Source: Nemertoderma westbladi (taxonomy: Eukaryota > Animalia > Xenacoelomorpha). Taken from it: a DNA stretch of 51,637 nucleotides. Below, piece by piece: positions 25,041-38,105 of this stretch. The translations under genes and the position numbers were made by a program. The first letter of the stretch is position 1, and each line of letters starts with the position of its first letter. The stretch is taken from assembly GCA_032718475.1 (NCBI GenBank), contig JAUCBJ010000243.1, forward strand, positions 1 through 51,637, written 5' to 3'. A model generated the notes under the pieces. The model worked only from the letters and a program-made list of their open reading frames with translations, made no database searches and was not told the DNA's origin.

Positions 25041-25662
25041 AATTTATTTTTTCCGCTCCATTTGCTATAGAGTTGAATCATCCTAAGTCCTGTTTAAATT
25101 ACTTAATAATCATTAATAATTATTTTGAACTTCAGCATTTGTAAAAAAACTTTGATTATAGCTTCACCCTGGTGTACCTTGCTATAGTATAGTATATAAA
25201 ATTTGGCACGGTACCAAAGATGTATCAATGCTGTGTTATGGGAGTGATCCCTGAGGCATTTCGCCACCCGGAAAACCAATATGTCACCTTAAACAGTTAT
25301 ATTAACCAAAATGGGAAAAAATCAACACCCTGCATTGTAAGGACCCCAAAGGTCAACTTACAAGCAGGAAGGAGCCTTGCCAAAAGCACTATATTGGATG
25401 TCACCTGTCTACCATGTATATTACTGTAGAGCTATTGTTTAGTATATATTTATTGGTACAGTGCATTGTAACTAACCTACAGGGTGACGGCATCCTAACA
25501 TTAGTCACCACCGATAGATAGAGTGAGAGAGAGAGATTAATTAAGACAAATAAGCGATTAATCAAATTAAAACCAGCCAATAGCAAAACAGCTGCACCTG
25601 ACAACGATTGGTCAGGGCACAGTCACATGTGAACAGTCACATATTGATCACATGTGACAACA

Positions 25663-26654
25663 GGAAGCAGGACAATTCGGTCCCGGACAATTCAATCCGG
25701 ACAATTCGGTCCCGGAAAATTATGTCCCATTAATTTTGTGTTTTGGGACAGAATTGTCCGGGACCGAATTGTCCGGATACTGACTAGGACAATTCGGTCC
25801 CAAAACATACATATTAATGGGACCGAATTGTCCGGAACCAAATTGTCCGGGACCAACTTTAATTGGTACTATATAATGGTGAATGTTCTAGAACCTTTAG
25901 ATATTATTATATGGTAGCTAGTGTTTTTTTACTAGCTAGTATTTTTTGAAAATAAAAAAATTTTACTTTTTTTTGTTAACATTATTAGTTATGGTAGCTA
26001 TTGTGTTTTTATGAAGCTTGTGAATTATAATACTAGCTAGTAATAGTATGTATTTAAAATGTTTAAAACGTTTTTAATATATTGCGTATCTATACTGTAT
26101 GTGTTATTGGTTGGTTAACAAGCCTAAATTATTATCCTAGATAATAGCTGGATCTCATTCAGGGACACTTTGCTGAATTTAGATTAAAAAAACTGTACCG
26201 CCACACGATGTTCTGTTCAGCTTAAACTGTTATAATATCATCAATATTTTTGGTAATTAATATATTCTGCAACAGCTTAGGCCTAATTCTGAAATATCAA
26301 TGTTTTCACAATTTTTTTTGTAATTTCAAGAAAATGCTAGCTAGTAAAAAAAACACTAGCTACACCTTAATAAATAGTATATAATAATGTTCTCGTACAC
26401 TTAACAATAACAAAAAAAAATACTGTATTTTTTAAATTAAAAAAAATTATAGCTAGTAAAAAAAACACCATAAAAAATATATCAACTAATGTTCTAGAAG
26501 ATTCACCAATATCAAAAAAGCACTAAAACGTTGCTATCAGGAACCAGACAATTCGGTCCTAGGACAATCAGTCCTAGGACAATTCAGTCCCATTTATTTA
26601 GTGTTTGGGACCGAATTGTCTGGGAATTGTCCGGGACCGAATTGTCATACATCG
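25663..26654. mobile_element. Foldback / MULE-like MITE
   Basis: Terminal arrays of ggacaattcggtcc in both orientations; 9-bp TSD gtgacaaca / atgacaaca. Confidence 0.8.
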
Positions 26655-26763
26655 ATGACAACACTGTAACATTTACATATATGTATCACATTATGATACA
26701 CATACTCATGTTTAACTAGGCACTGTGACCCTACTGCTGTCTGGTTGTAGAGTGTAGGCCTGG

Positions 26764-26970
26764 TTACATCGCGTTTCGGCAACTGTCGGGTTTCGGCAAA
26801 AAAGTTGCGTTTCGGCAAAAAAGTTGCGTTTCGGCAAAAAAGATGCGTTTCGGCAAAAAAAGTCGCGATTCGGCAAAAAGTCTCGATTCTGCAAAAAAAA
26901 GTTGCGTTTTGGCAACAGTCGTGATTCGGAAAAAACTTACGTTTCGGCAAAAAAATTGCATTTCGGCAAA
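26764..26970. repeat. About 10 copies of a 20-21-bp tandem repeat (gcgtttcggcaaaaaaagtt)
   Basis: Direct visual repeat; explains the repetitive ORFs at 26645-26961. Confidence 0.85.
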
Positions 26971-27032
26971 AGATAAAAATAAATTCCTAGATATGTTAGA
27001 TCTGGGTTGAATTCAATAATTAAAATTGGAGT

Positions 27033-29819
27033 TACTCCAGTCCCTGGCTTTAGACCCCGTAGGAATTTTGGGGTGGATGGGGTTTCTCACCGAATCCTAG
27101 TTGGACATACATATATGGGTGAAAAAAACTTGGGTAGACTTTCTGGTTCCTGGGCGTAAGTTTTTTATAGCCATTTGTTTTGTGCGTCCGTGAGCTGTTC
27201 ACAATTTCAAAAATTGTGGCGATTTGAGTATTTACTATGACAGTTTCCAACGTAACATAATAATACACTTTAAAAATTGTGGTGAAAGTGGTAAAACATA
27301 CCAGCGAATTTTTGCGTTATACGCCACATAATATACAGTACCTGTTTTTTAATACATTGTGAAAAGATCCAATTATTTCATGTAATAATGTTACCTATAC
27401 ATATTTTCTATGCTGTGCAAGTAAATACATTGTGTTCTAGAATACTAGCTACTAATTTATAGCTATTAATAAAATTTGTTACATCATTTTAAGTATTTAT
27501 TTTTAACATCATTTTAAGTATTTATTTTAAACATAAATCATTAATTTAACATAAAAACAGAAAGCAAAAGTTCTTGGTCTCACCGATAATGTTCGTTAAA
27601 TGGTATTTTCCGAACTTGAAAACCGAAACAATGAAGCAAGTTATTCCTGTTTTTCATATATTTGACAGAATAAATTACTTAAGGTGGGGATCATTATTTC
27701 TTCAGCAAATGCTGAATCTTGATAAATCACATCCTGAGGTTTATGATCAGTTCATGAAAGGCCATTTTGTTGTACGGAGAACTAAAGGGAAGTTTAATGC
27801 GGTTGGTGTCGATATGGCTCTGGAACAGACAATAAATAGATCTCAAAAGTCAAGTGGTGGAATTATTGGTCAATCTAAGCGAAAAGACTATATTGCAGAA
27901 TGGAACCTGGTCTATCATGAGGTTCTTTCAATTCGACAAGCAATGCAAGTACTACTTAATGTTAGACAAGTCGATTATGAGCTGCAGATACATCATGAGT
28001 TAAGTGGAAACCTCAGAAACGAGATGGATTTAAGTATAGCAAAAATGATGCAGTATATCGAATGCAAAGAAAATCCCTATATTAATGGAGGTGAGGTTAA
28101 ACTTCATAATTTATTAACAAACGAAATTGTACCACCATCAACTTCCGAAAAGCTACTTAACTTTTTGACCCTGGCAGACAATGTCTATTCCTCCTTTCAT
28201 TATGAAAGATTTATCAAGTTCTCCAAGCCTCTATCAGCTACCATATAGACAAAATCTTCCTACTTTTCAAAGTACAACAATCGGGGATCAATGCTCAAAA
28301 CAACAACATAAAAATTATATCAAAGAACTGTTGCAATCGCAAAGGTCAGTTGATATCGCTAAGGAAAGAGGAATGGAAATGGAAGAGATCCTTAGTTCCG
28401 ATATCACACCATCGTCTTTGATTGATAGTCATGGTGCTACAACTAAGCCAATGAAATCCAGTTTAATTTCTGAGTTAATGAGAATGATGGAAAGTGTAGA
28501 CATGAATTTTGAAAAAGACACCGCACTAAAGACATGTCTTGTTGTTGATGTTATGAATCAACTTCGCAGAATACCACTAAAGGGAAAGGGAACATTTCGT
28601 GAAATTTTCGAAGCGTTCAACCGTGGAGGAGCGATCGAGGGTCTGGAGAAGTTCAACATTGAAGAAGCAGACCTGCGTCTCATTCCGCATATTTTGAACG
28701 CGGTTAAAGATGGATCTGAAAGAATCATCGTGCTCTCAAATGATACCGATGTGTTGGTGCTGCTCATCCATTTCTACAACACTTTTCACGAGAATGGTTT
28801 GTCAGAGTTATGGATGAGAAAAACGTCAACAGAACTTATCCCAATTCATCGACTTGTGGAACAGATCGGTCCTATTAGTGAGGCTATACTTGCATGTCAT
28901 TACCTCACCCTCACCAAGGGCAGCCCTAAAGGTGCACCCAGAACTCTATTTAAAGAACTTCGGGCGATGTTTCCCACCTAATAAAGAATCATTCAAACAT
29001 GCAGAGCAGCAATATTTGGTTAAGGTCATAAAGCCACGATCGACTAGTAAAACGTTTGACAGTCTTCGATCCGAAATCGTTAGACAAGAAGGTGCTCCAA
29101 AGTTATTAAACCTTCCTTGTTCAAGTCATTCATTGCAGGGTCATTTGTTGCGCGCCTTCTACAATGTTTATTTGTGTACATCAGTATTAAATAGTAACTC
29201 GCCCAACCTAGAACCAACAGATTATGGATTGTCTATTAATGAGAATGACTCATCAATCATGCCCGATCCTAGGAATAATGAACTACCTAAATGGGCGACG
29301 ATTACTTGCTTCTGCAAGAAGTGCAATACTATGCGATGCAGATGCCGGAAAGATATCGTTTCTTGCACATCATTTTGCAAATGCAATTTTGAAATGGAGT
29401 GCGAAAATATTCCATAATAAGAACATTTTATAATTCATAGCATTTAATTAACATTATATAACATTTCATAATAAATTCACTCAGTGATCATATCATATAA
29501 CTATTTTACTGTGCCCTCGTTTCTTTATATCTCGCTTCGATCGGTTTATGATGAATTGGAGCATCGTAAAACCGTTATATTTGGTTAACTATGGTAACAA
29601 CAGCTAAATAATAATTATCATTTGTACTCTTGATTTGGAAAAGTGATGAGGACACAGATGAATATTTGTATATTTATGACGTCATAAAAAACTTAGGCCC
29701 AGGAACCTAAAAGTCTACCCAATTTTTTTTTCTTCATTTTTGGACCCCAAACCCAGTTCAAGTGAGAAACGGCGTCCACCTCGAAATTCCTACGGGACTT
29801 AAGGCCAGGGACTGGATTA
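27033..29819 (+). mobile_element. Academ (XPG-type) DNA transposon, internally deleted
   Basis: TIRs of ~135 bp, tactccagtccctggc...gccagggactggatta; 3-bp TSD agt; transposase plus XPG-like and Cys-rich domains. Confidence 0.85.
27574..29417 (+). pseudogene. Academ transposase C-terminal part in three frameshifted ORFs
   Basis: NYLRWG..HPEVYDQFMKGHFVV..DMALEQTIN..K..GGIIG; EEADLRL..SNDTDVLVL XPG/PIN motif; CxCxxCxxxxCxCxxxxxxCxxxCxC tail. Confidence 0.85.
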
Positions 29820-30154
29820 AGTGGTCTTCATGACAATTATGCAAGGTATTAATAAGTACACAGTACTAATATTATTTTATTTATTTGTGTGGAATCATTT
29901 TCGCACTACCAAACAGCCATGGCGACTTATTTTCTAACATTGCATTGCAGTGCGACATTATTTCTCAATATGTCCCTACGCCATACATTTACTATGTATT
30001 TCCAGTATGTCACCACGTCATTATTAGGTTGTTCTAGAAAGTTTAAGTGCATAATTGCTTATAATTCCCCACAAATAAATATAATTATATAGATTCACCA
30101 TTGTTCATAATTATTATAACTTTTTGTTGGGTACAGCTTTTGCAAAGTCAGCAA

Positions 30155-30228
30155 TGACGTCCAGGTGGGATCGAACTGGTGACCTCTGAGTTGGAAGTCT
30201 GACGCTCTAACCATTCAGCTAGCGGCTC
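30155..30228 (-). repeat. tRNA-derived SINE head or pseudo-tRNA
   Basis: TAGCTGAATGG A box and AGTTCGATCCC B box; acceptor and anticodon stems do not pair. Confidence 0.65.
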
Positions 30229-31599
30229 AGGTAAAATATAGACCTGGAAATACTATCTGATACCTTGTACTGTATGTCCGCAATTTACCTCATCATGGCC
30301 TCCCATCTATCAATACCATCATCTGCTGCCACTGGGCTCAACCCTACTGTAAGCTACTTGGCCGTCTTTAACCACTTCCAATCACAACCGCAAATGAAAG
30401 GGTTGTGTATTAACCATGAACCGTCACGGCCACAATGAGTAATTATACACTCTAACTACTAGTTGGATATGCGGTTCTTAAGTAAACCTAAAAACAACAC
30501 AACGTGGAAGGATCCTTCATGAGGATTCTCCGACACCAGGTGTAGGCGTTGCAACATTAGTATATAGAAAGTGGAGCTTGGGGCATTTTACAACTTTCTA
30601 GGAATTATATTCTCTGAAATTTGCCACGTTTGTAGTTTTCGTTAGTCTAAGAATTTTGCACGGTTTTTTTTTTCAATTTAGTTGGTCAGCATTTCCAAAT
30701 TGGCAACCAAATGTGGAATTTTGCCCCAATTTGGAAACTTCTAGCACTAAATGGTTAAATTCGGAGTGAAGGTCACTGAAATCTTCAAATGTTCTCTGGA
30801 GACTTTGTGTGCGGATAAATTTGCAAGTTTCATTAAAAAATTTCGTTTAGCCAAATTTGGCCAGATTTTAATTTTACCCAAAAAATAACCCAATGGTAAA
30901 TTTGTGGAGCAAGTCAAAACTGTGAGCCATCAGCGAAATGTTATAATCATACACTATGGCCGTTTTCTCTTGTAAGTCTCTGTGTGTGTGTGTGTGTCAG
31001 TGTGTCATAAGTGTCCATAATTGTCAGAAGCCAAAGATAACTAGCCATAGTAAAATTATAATTGTTCGCTAAGATGGCTTGCAGCTTTTGCTGTACAAAG
31101 AAAGGCTCCACTCGTGTTATTGTTATTTGCAATTAAGGTAATAATCAATACAAACTAAACTTCAAGTTGACGCCACTGACCTCTTTTACTTTCCTGCAAT
31201 GGGCACAGGCATGGTGTGGTAGATAGATAGATAGATTTATTTATACATTATGTAAAAACAATAACAAATACACCAAACAATGTACCGGTATAAAGGTATT
31301 GTCCAACATAACATATAGGATTACCCCTAAAGCTTTGCAGCTTATTTCCAAGGGGGTCCTTTATGTTACTTGGTTACAAATACAATATTACACTATGCTA
31401 ACCTAAAACCAATATAAAACGTAATTACACTATGTACATGTACAACTTTACCAAGAGCGTGACAATGTCCGACTCAATGATAAAGATGTAATGTACAGAA
31501 CAATTTAATATAAAACGTATTTACAGTATAAAGCTGGTCTGCGTGGGTCTGACTTACCAGACAATTATTGATTTGGTGGTGGCATTCTTGCTATTCCTT

Positions 31600-32200
31600 G
31601 GTGGTGCGATTTTTAATTGCTTTTAATTGTTTGTTCGTTACTTTTATATTGTGTTATCCTGTATAATTATAAAGTAATTATATATTCCATTTACAGTATA
31701 AATAGTAAATAATTAATAAACTAATAACTTACTGTAGGACTATTGTACCTATTTTACATTGCACACGGAGGTGAGATTTAACTGCAGATTTAAAAGAATG
31801 TTGATTATCTAGGTTTTTAATTTCATTAGGCAGAGCGTTCCAATTTTTAATGCCGTTAAAAAAGAAAGTATCAGATTCAAAGGATTTACAATTCGGGAGG
31901 TAGAAGTTTGAAGCACTAGCTCTGGTACTGTAAGAGTGTGTATCGCGTACTCTGTTGAATTTTTGTTTTAGGTAATTGGGACATTTACCATTATCCCATA
32001 CATCCTAAATGATAATACTATATATGAATGCATTTAATAGACTTCAAGAAGCTTATTGAAACGAATAATTACACACCTGTATCCCCGAATGCACTTTTTG
32101 AATCTTCCTTTCCTTTGAAGATGTATGTTTTATATATTACACTGAATGACTGCAGAACATCATGGAATGGCAAAACAAAATTGATCTGAGGATTCGGTGG
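31600..32200 (-). mobile_element. CR1/L2-type LINE, 3' remnant
   Basis: WNALPNEIKN motif near 31810-31840. Confidence 0.45.
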
Positions 32201-35200
32201 TGGGTCATGTCATGCCTTAGCAGGCCTGCCATTCAAGCTATGTAACCGGATGTGTGTGAAACTCCCTGGCTCTTCAGAGCACAAAATATGGCAGCCAACG
32301 TAGAAGAAAGTCTTAATTCCTTTATTATGACATCGGAAGATCAAGCCTCCCTCGACCAACAAGACTTGAGATATCAAACCGTTATGCTTCAATGGAAATA
32401 GCTCTGTCACCATTTATAGTATATTTATCTGATACGAAGCAGCATGTGGTTGTATTCAATTCCTACAGATTAGCTAGGGCTTCTTTACTACAGGCATCAC
32501 TTAGACCTGACCTTCAAGAGGATATATCTTTCCAATCTCCAATATCAACTTGCTTCTAAGAATATTTGGCTCTTCCTTGAGCATCTCTATGGTATACCAG
32601 CTACCAAGGAATCGAGTAAACTTTTACCATTACTCTCAGATATTAAGTTTGTCAATGATGAGTGATAATGTTTGACACTTTGCACACATTTTTTTCATTT
32701 TTAAACCTTGTTTGAATTTTTTCTTTCTCTACTTAGTTTCGATTATTAATTAAAATGTTGTTTACCAATGTAAAATATTTGATTTTGGTTATTATATTCT
32801 CATTTTATCAATATATATATATTATATATCTTATAATTTGGTGTATCTGTTTGCACTTTGCCATAATAACTCTTAAGCTTCTTTTTTTGTTTATTTTTAT
32901 CATTTCCTTCTTATTTTATATTATATAAGACCTCATATGTTGTAATTTTGTCACCATTCCCACTATAGCCCCCTGTTCGCCGGTGGTCTCAGTACTCTCC
33001 GCCTCATCATCTCGCGTTGGGCCGCATTCCTCCCGTACCGATCCACCCTCCTCGCTCCTAGCCAATCTGTGTCTGTCCTCCAACGAATCTTGTATAGCTG
33101 GTGCTGCTGCAATACCGCCATTTTATTTAGTATCATTAATTCGATTTTAGCTTTCAATATAGCACAGCAATATACCATCTCACCATTAAACCACACCGGG
33201 AGCTTATATGCAATATACTGTAGGTAATAATGTATAACATACCCATGTAACTACAGAGAAGGCCAGGTTTGGTAGCTGTACATTAATCAGCTGTCACAAA
33301 TGCTGAGCCAATCAGAGACTCGGGTTGGAAAGGCCGGTAATGTGGAATCAATTAATCAAAAATGAATTAATAAAATAATCAATTAGTACAGTTATTAATC
33401 GACATCAGTACAATATTCAGTTATGTTTTACTATAACCAACGAACAATATACATATCATAGTCTACAGAAACATCAAGTCTTTCATTAACTGTATGAACC
33501 ATCCATACCTGGCTGGCAGCATAGTTGCGCAAGCTCACATTTACGGTACGGCCCGCATCTACACAGCTCCATTACCATAACAGTAGAGATAAGCTTCAAT
33601 AGGCCAACTACGATGGTAGTGAGAGATTGAGTGGAGAGTGGGCGAGGAGAGTAGATACTCAAGGACACAATATTAGATAGGCCTACTGTGCCGGTGGGGA
33701 AAGATGAGCGAGACAGGATCGAGTGGCGAGAGAGGAGAAGGGGACCAGGTGGCCAATATTGGGCCTATGAGGGACCCTCAGAGGATGAGACGATGGTCAC
33801 CGGGCCGGGGTCAGACTGGAACTGACCACTGGGTGTTGGAACGACGAGAGTGGACATTGGTAGGGACCCAGTGGAAATGGGCGGAGCAAGCGAGTCGGGA
33901 CAAGCATGCAGTGGGATGAGAGCTGCTGGTGCGCCATTGTGAATGGGGAGTGACTGGTGATGGCGTACTGGAAAACCCAAGCCCATCCGTCGTACACAAC
34001 AGACAAGGACAACAAACAGGTGGATCACCCCCAAGAGAAGTCACATTTATTGTTGATCACCTGACAAGAAACTATAGAACCATGAGAAGATAGCTGATGG
34101 AGGCAATAGGTAGATGGTAGCATCGACGTCAACATCATCAGCAGGATTACCGAGGTAAATAACTATTTAGACCAACTAATACAATTTGGTAACCCTGAAC
34201 TGTCCAACCATCAGGCTTTTATTATAGCGAGTGATCTATACGGACTATTATGAAGTGGTGCGCTAGAGTTTACTATTTTGGTTGTAGGGCATTATAAAGT
34301 GAAAGTGGGGTGAGAGTAAATAAAAGGGAGGGTCAGGGGCGCAAATCGGCTCCCAGGAGCACAGTATAACGGGGTCAGAGCCCTCTAAAATATTAAGAAG
34401 GGTGGCAGCCATTGATGTGGCGAGCCACAAGCAAGCAATAGCAATGGACAGGAATGGAACAGGAAAGGAAAGAGAGAATAAAGAGAGTGGAAAGAGAAAG
34501 AGGGAGTGGAGCGAGATAGATAGAGAGTTATTAAAATTGAGAGTGGAGCAGGAGGTGGAGGAGGAAGCAGATCAGGAGGCGGAGAAGAGAAGCACATCGG
34601 GAGGCTGAAAGGATCAGGAGGTGGAGAAGAGAAGCACATCGGGAGGCAGAAAGGGTGACAAGGGAAATGGAAAGGGAGGCAGAAAGGGCAAGAATATTGA
34701 CAGAAAGAGAGAGAAAGCGAGAACATAAGGCAAGAGAGGTGAAAGAGATTAAATATGATAGCAACAGAGCAAGAAGAAACTAGAAAAAGGAGAGAAAGGT
34801 TAGCTGAGCAGAATAACTGATTACAAGAATGGCTTATACAGCAGGATAAATTAAATAAATTGACGAGAATGGGATTTTTTCAGTGAGTGGAAGGGGAGAG
34901 AGTAGTATGCGGAGCGAGCAAGGTGAAAGTGTTACAGGTAATAATAATGAGGGTCCATTGACAGCTTTGTTTCTAGATCAATAAGCGATATACACAGACA
35001 GACAAACCTTTGTTGCGATAATACAGTTAATACAGAACAAACAAATGAACATTACAATGTACATAACGACGTAAATTGTATTGTAATATAGTTAACAATT
35101 TTGTGAATTATAGCATACATAATTACAATTATAATACCCGTAACATTAATAATCCTATAGGTGACCAAGGTAGGGGTCGATGAAACACACTGGATGAGGA

Positions 35201-37069
35201 GCAGCAAGGTGAACCTGGTAGAATCACAGTACCAGCAGGACAGTTAGTGACTAGGGTAAGCACTAAAGCAGGGATTCCTCGTGTAGAGGAAGGTAGTAAG
35301 GAACTGCGATCGAGAGAGAGTTCGAGATTGTGTCATCGAGCATTGTGTTGTCGTCGTCGAGTGAGGCACGAGAGGGGAACGCCTCACCACTAAACTCGGA
35401 AACAGCAGCTTATATACCGGTAGGCAGAAATACCTGTGGTAGCCCTTTACCGGAACCGGAGGACAGCAAGATCCCTCATTGGGGCTTCATAGCATTGCAG
35501 TAGATAGAAATATTCACTGTTGTGTACCAGCGGTAGATAAAAATATTCACTGTTGTGTATACAGCAAATAAATAATTGTAAAATTAATACTGAAGAACAG
35601 TATTATAATAATAATAAATTAAACAGTATGGTAGAATATCAATTACCAATGGAAATGATCCGCAATATAATCCATACAGTACAACATACAATGTTGGACA
35701 AAATAACATTGAAAACGTTTGTAGGGAGAGAGAGAGTACAAATATAAGGGCGCGGATGGTAGGTACTGACGGTACTGACCGTACCTACGTTCCAGTTAGA
35801 GAATAGCATGCAATCAGAACCAACAGGAAACTATTTCATCAGTCTTCCAGAACATGAGGTAATGGATGATGTGGTTGGTGATTTGGTCTATTTGGTCCAA
35901 TGCTACATATGCAGTTGGATTCATCAATAAACCAATTCAACCATTGCCACTATTATCTGCTAATGCAATGGCTAGTTGCCCACCACCCCCCATGTCATTA
36001 ATCAGAACCGGAATCAGTCTGACCAGGCTGATTTATGTGCTCTTGAAAACCCACTGCACTTAGGCAAAGCTGCTTATATGCCAGGGTAGTCAGCTCGCCT
36101 TGTCGGATTGGGGACCTCAAAAGTGTTAGGTATATAACTGAGGCTAGGCTAGAGACTTGCCTCAGATTTACCAATGGCTTGGTTGGAAGGGGTGGAATCA
36201 GAGTAGCCACAAATACCAGAATCCCTCTCCCCATGGCAATCAGGCCATCAGAGTTTGGGCCAGAAAGGTCATCAGGAAAGGGACTCACAAATTATTGGCT
36301 GCTCTATTTTCAGTGGGGGGTAAGGAGATCACTGACAATTATTTAAATTATTATTATTCAAAGATGTGTGCAAATTCGCAATTGGCTAAAATATGAGTGG
36401 TGTTATTTTTAAGATTTCTGGATTAATGGCGTACTCATTTTAAAATGAGAACATAATTCGTTGATTTAGTGACTCAAAAAGACTAAAATAATGAGTAGAA
36501 AATTGCAGAATTTTCCGAATTAATGGTGTATACATTTTAAAATGAGGACATTTGAGTACATAATTATTTTCTTTAAAAAAAATATGAGTAAATAATAAAA
36601 TGGGGTTTTAATACTAAAAGTATGCCACAGATATGGGGCCCATCATCCATACCTACTCTGGAGCACATTACCCACCATTGGCTATGCAACTCATCTGCTG
36701 GACCTTGCCCTGTACCCCTGCTGTCAGGTGCATGTTACAGTGGAGTACACTCAAATTGGAGATGAGCCTCTACTAACCAGCCACTGGTACTTACCATCTG
36801 CCTTATCAGGCCAAATACACCTGCAGCCGAAAATAGGGGTCCTTAACCAAGGGCCAAGGGGTAACTATCCCAGAACAAAGGAGGTCATTGTTACAGGACC
36901 AGATTATCAGTAGGCCTATATGCTAATACTAATATAAACAAATCTTGTTTTTATTTTAAAGCTAACTAACCAATTCAAGTGATTATCTTAAATTTGTAAT
37001 GCAAATAATACCCTTTTGAAAAGCAACCCAAATCTAAATTTATGTATAATATTATACAGATATACATAC

Positions 37070-37165
37070 CAACACATTTATATCGGAAATATGTTTGAAT
37101 TTCTTCGCACTTTTCAGTTACAACGTTGCATTCATTATCAATGGCATTGTTACACATATTCTTTG
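37070..37165 (-). CDS. Host gene exon, 4-Cys EGF-like: (S)KNMCNNAIDNECNVVTEKCEEIQTYFRYKCV
   Basis: 96 bp, phase 1-1, ttttatcag / gtatgt; splicing to 14262 gives the CVDRDEC linker. Confidence 0.8.
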
Positions 37166-37511
37166 CTGATAAAATAAAGGATAAAGTGGTGATAAAGGTG
37201 GATATAAAGGATAATGTTAAGTCTAGAGCTTGACCATATCATATACAAACATGTGTGTATAAAATATAGAAGCTCCAGTTTATATTAAAGTACAGTAGTT
37301 TGAAGGAAAAAAGTTAGACAATATTTAATGAAATTAAAACAAACCTGGTCTGTAGTCTGTCAAACATATAATTTATCAAAATTCTGAAATAAAATCCGAA
37401 TGGGCAGTCGAGTCTCAGTTCGCTCAGTTCTCATGTCTCCAGCTAGAGGGCAATGGTTGGAATAGTGGTGCCCTAATGATAACCAGCTTACTTCATCTTG
37501 TATACATTACC

Positions 37512-37612
37512 CATTTGCAAGAAAATAATATTTCTGCAATGAAAGCAGCTCTAAATAATAGTTAATTCTTTAGAGCTGCTTTCATTGCAGAAATAGTATT
37601 TTCTTGCAAATG
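37512..37612. repeat. Near-perfect palindrome: 44-bp arms, one mismatch, 13-nt loop
   Basis: 37512-37555 is the reverse complement of 37569-37612. Confidence 0.95.
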
Positions 37613-37972
37613 TTTGTGCTAAACAGGAAAAAACTACCTACCACCTCATGTAAGAACTGGTGGTAGCAAGTACGATAGAAGTTCAACACCTTCACCCACC
37701 ACAAACACGAAGTCTAGCAATTTTAAAATAACCTAGACCTGCTGAATTTTTAAAGAAGCACATCAATAATGTTTCACTCCACCCTAATGCTTACTACTAA
37801 TTGTATTTACTAATAATTAAAGTAAATAATTAAATAATTAAAGTTAAGTTAATTTTTATTTATATTTTATTTCTCATTATTATTATTATCTTCTTTACCT
37901 TCCCAGGTAACCTGATTGTTCTTATTTGAAATTTGGTGTAAATCAAATCTTAGCTCCAATTGTTTAACTTAC

Positions 37973-38105
37973 ATCGATCTTTCCATGTGATTTTACAGTC
38001 TGCCTCTGGATCTGTGATTGTTTCTATCTCAGGGTATATTTCTGTGTCCACCCTACTCTCTTTTGGAGTATCGCATACACACGAGTCATTTACAACACCG
38101 TTTTT
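37973..38105 (-). CDS. Host gene exon, linker: KNGVVNDSCVCDTPKESRVDTEIYPEIETITDPEADCKITWKDR
   Basis: 133 bp, phase 0-1, tgcttag / gtaagt; phases fit both neighbouring exons. Confidence 0.75.

Larger units (their letters stand above)
24466..25110 (+). repeat. About 2.1 head-to-tail copies of a ~310-bp unit containing a tRNA-like cloverleaf
   Basis: agtcctgtttaaattacttaataat recurs at about 24466, 24782 and 25086; the units are highly similar. Confidence 0.92.

Noticed and set aside
31558-31590. Possible micro-exon QECHHQINNCL before a gtaagt donor
   Set aside because: It is phase 0-0, incompatible with the phase 1 intron it lies in, and the acceptor is weak.
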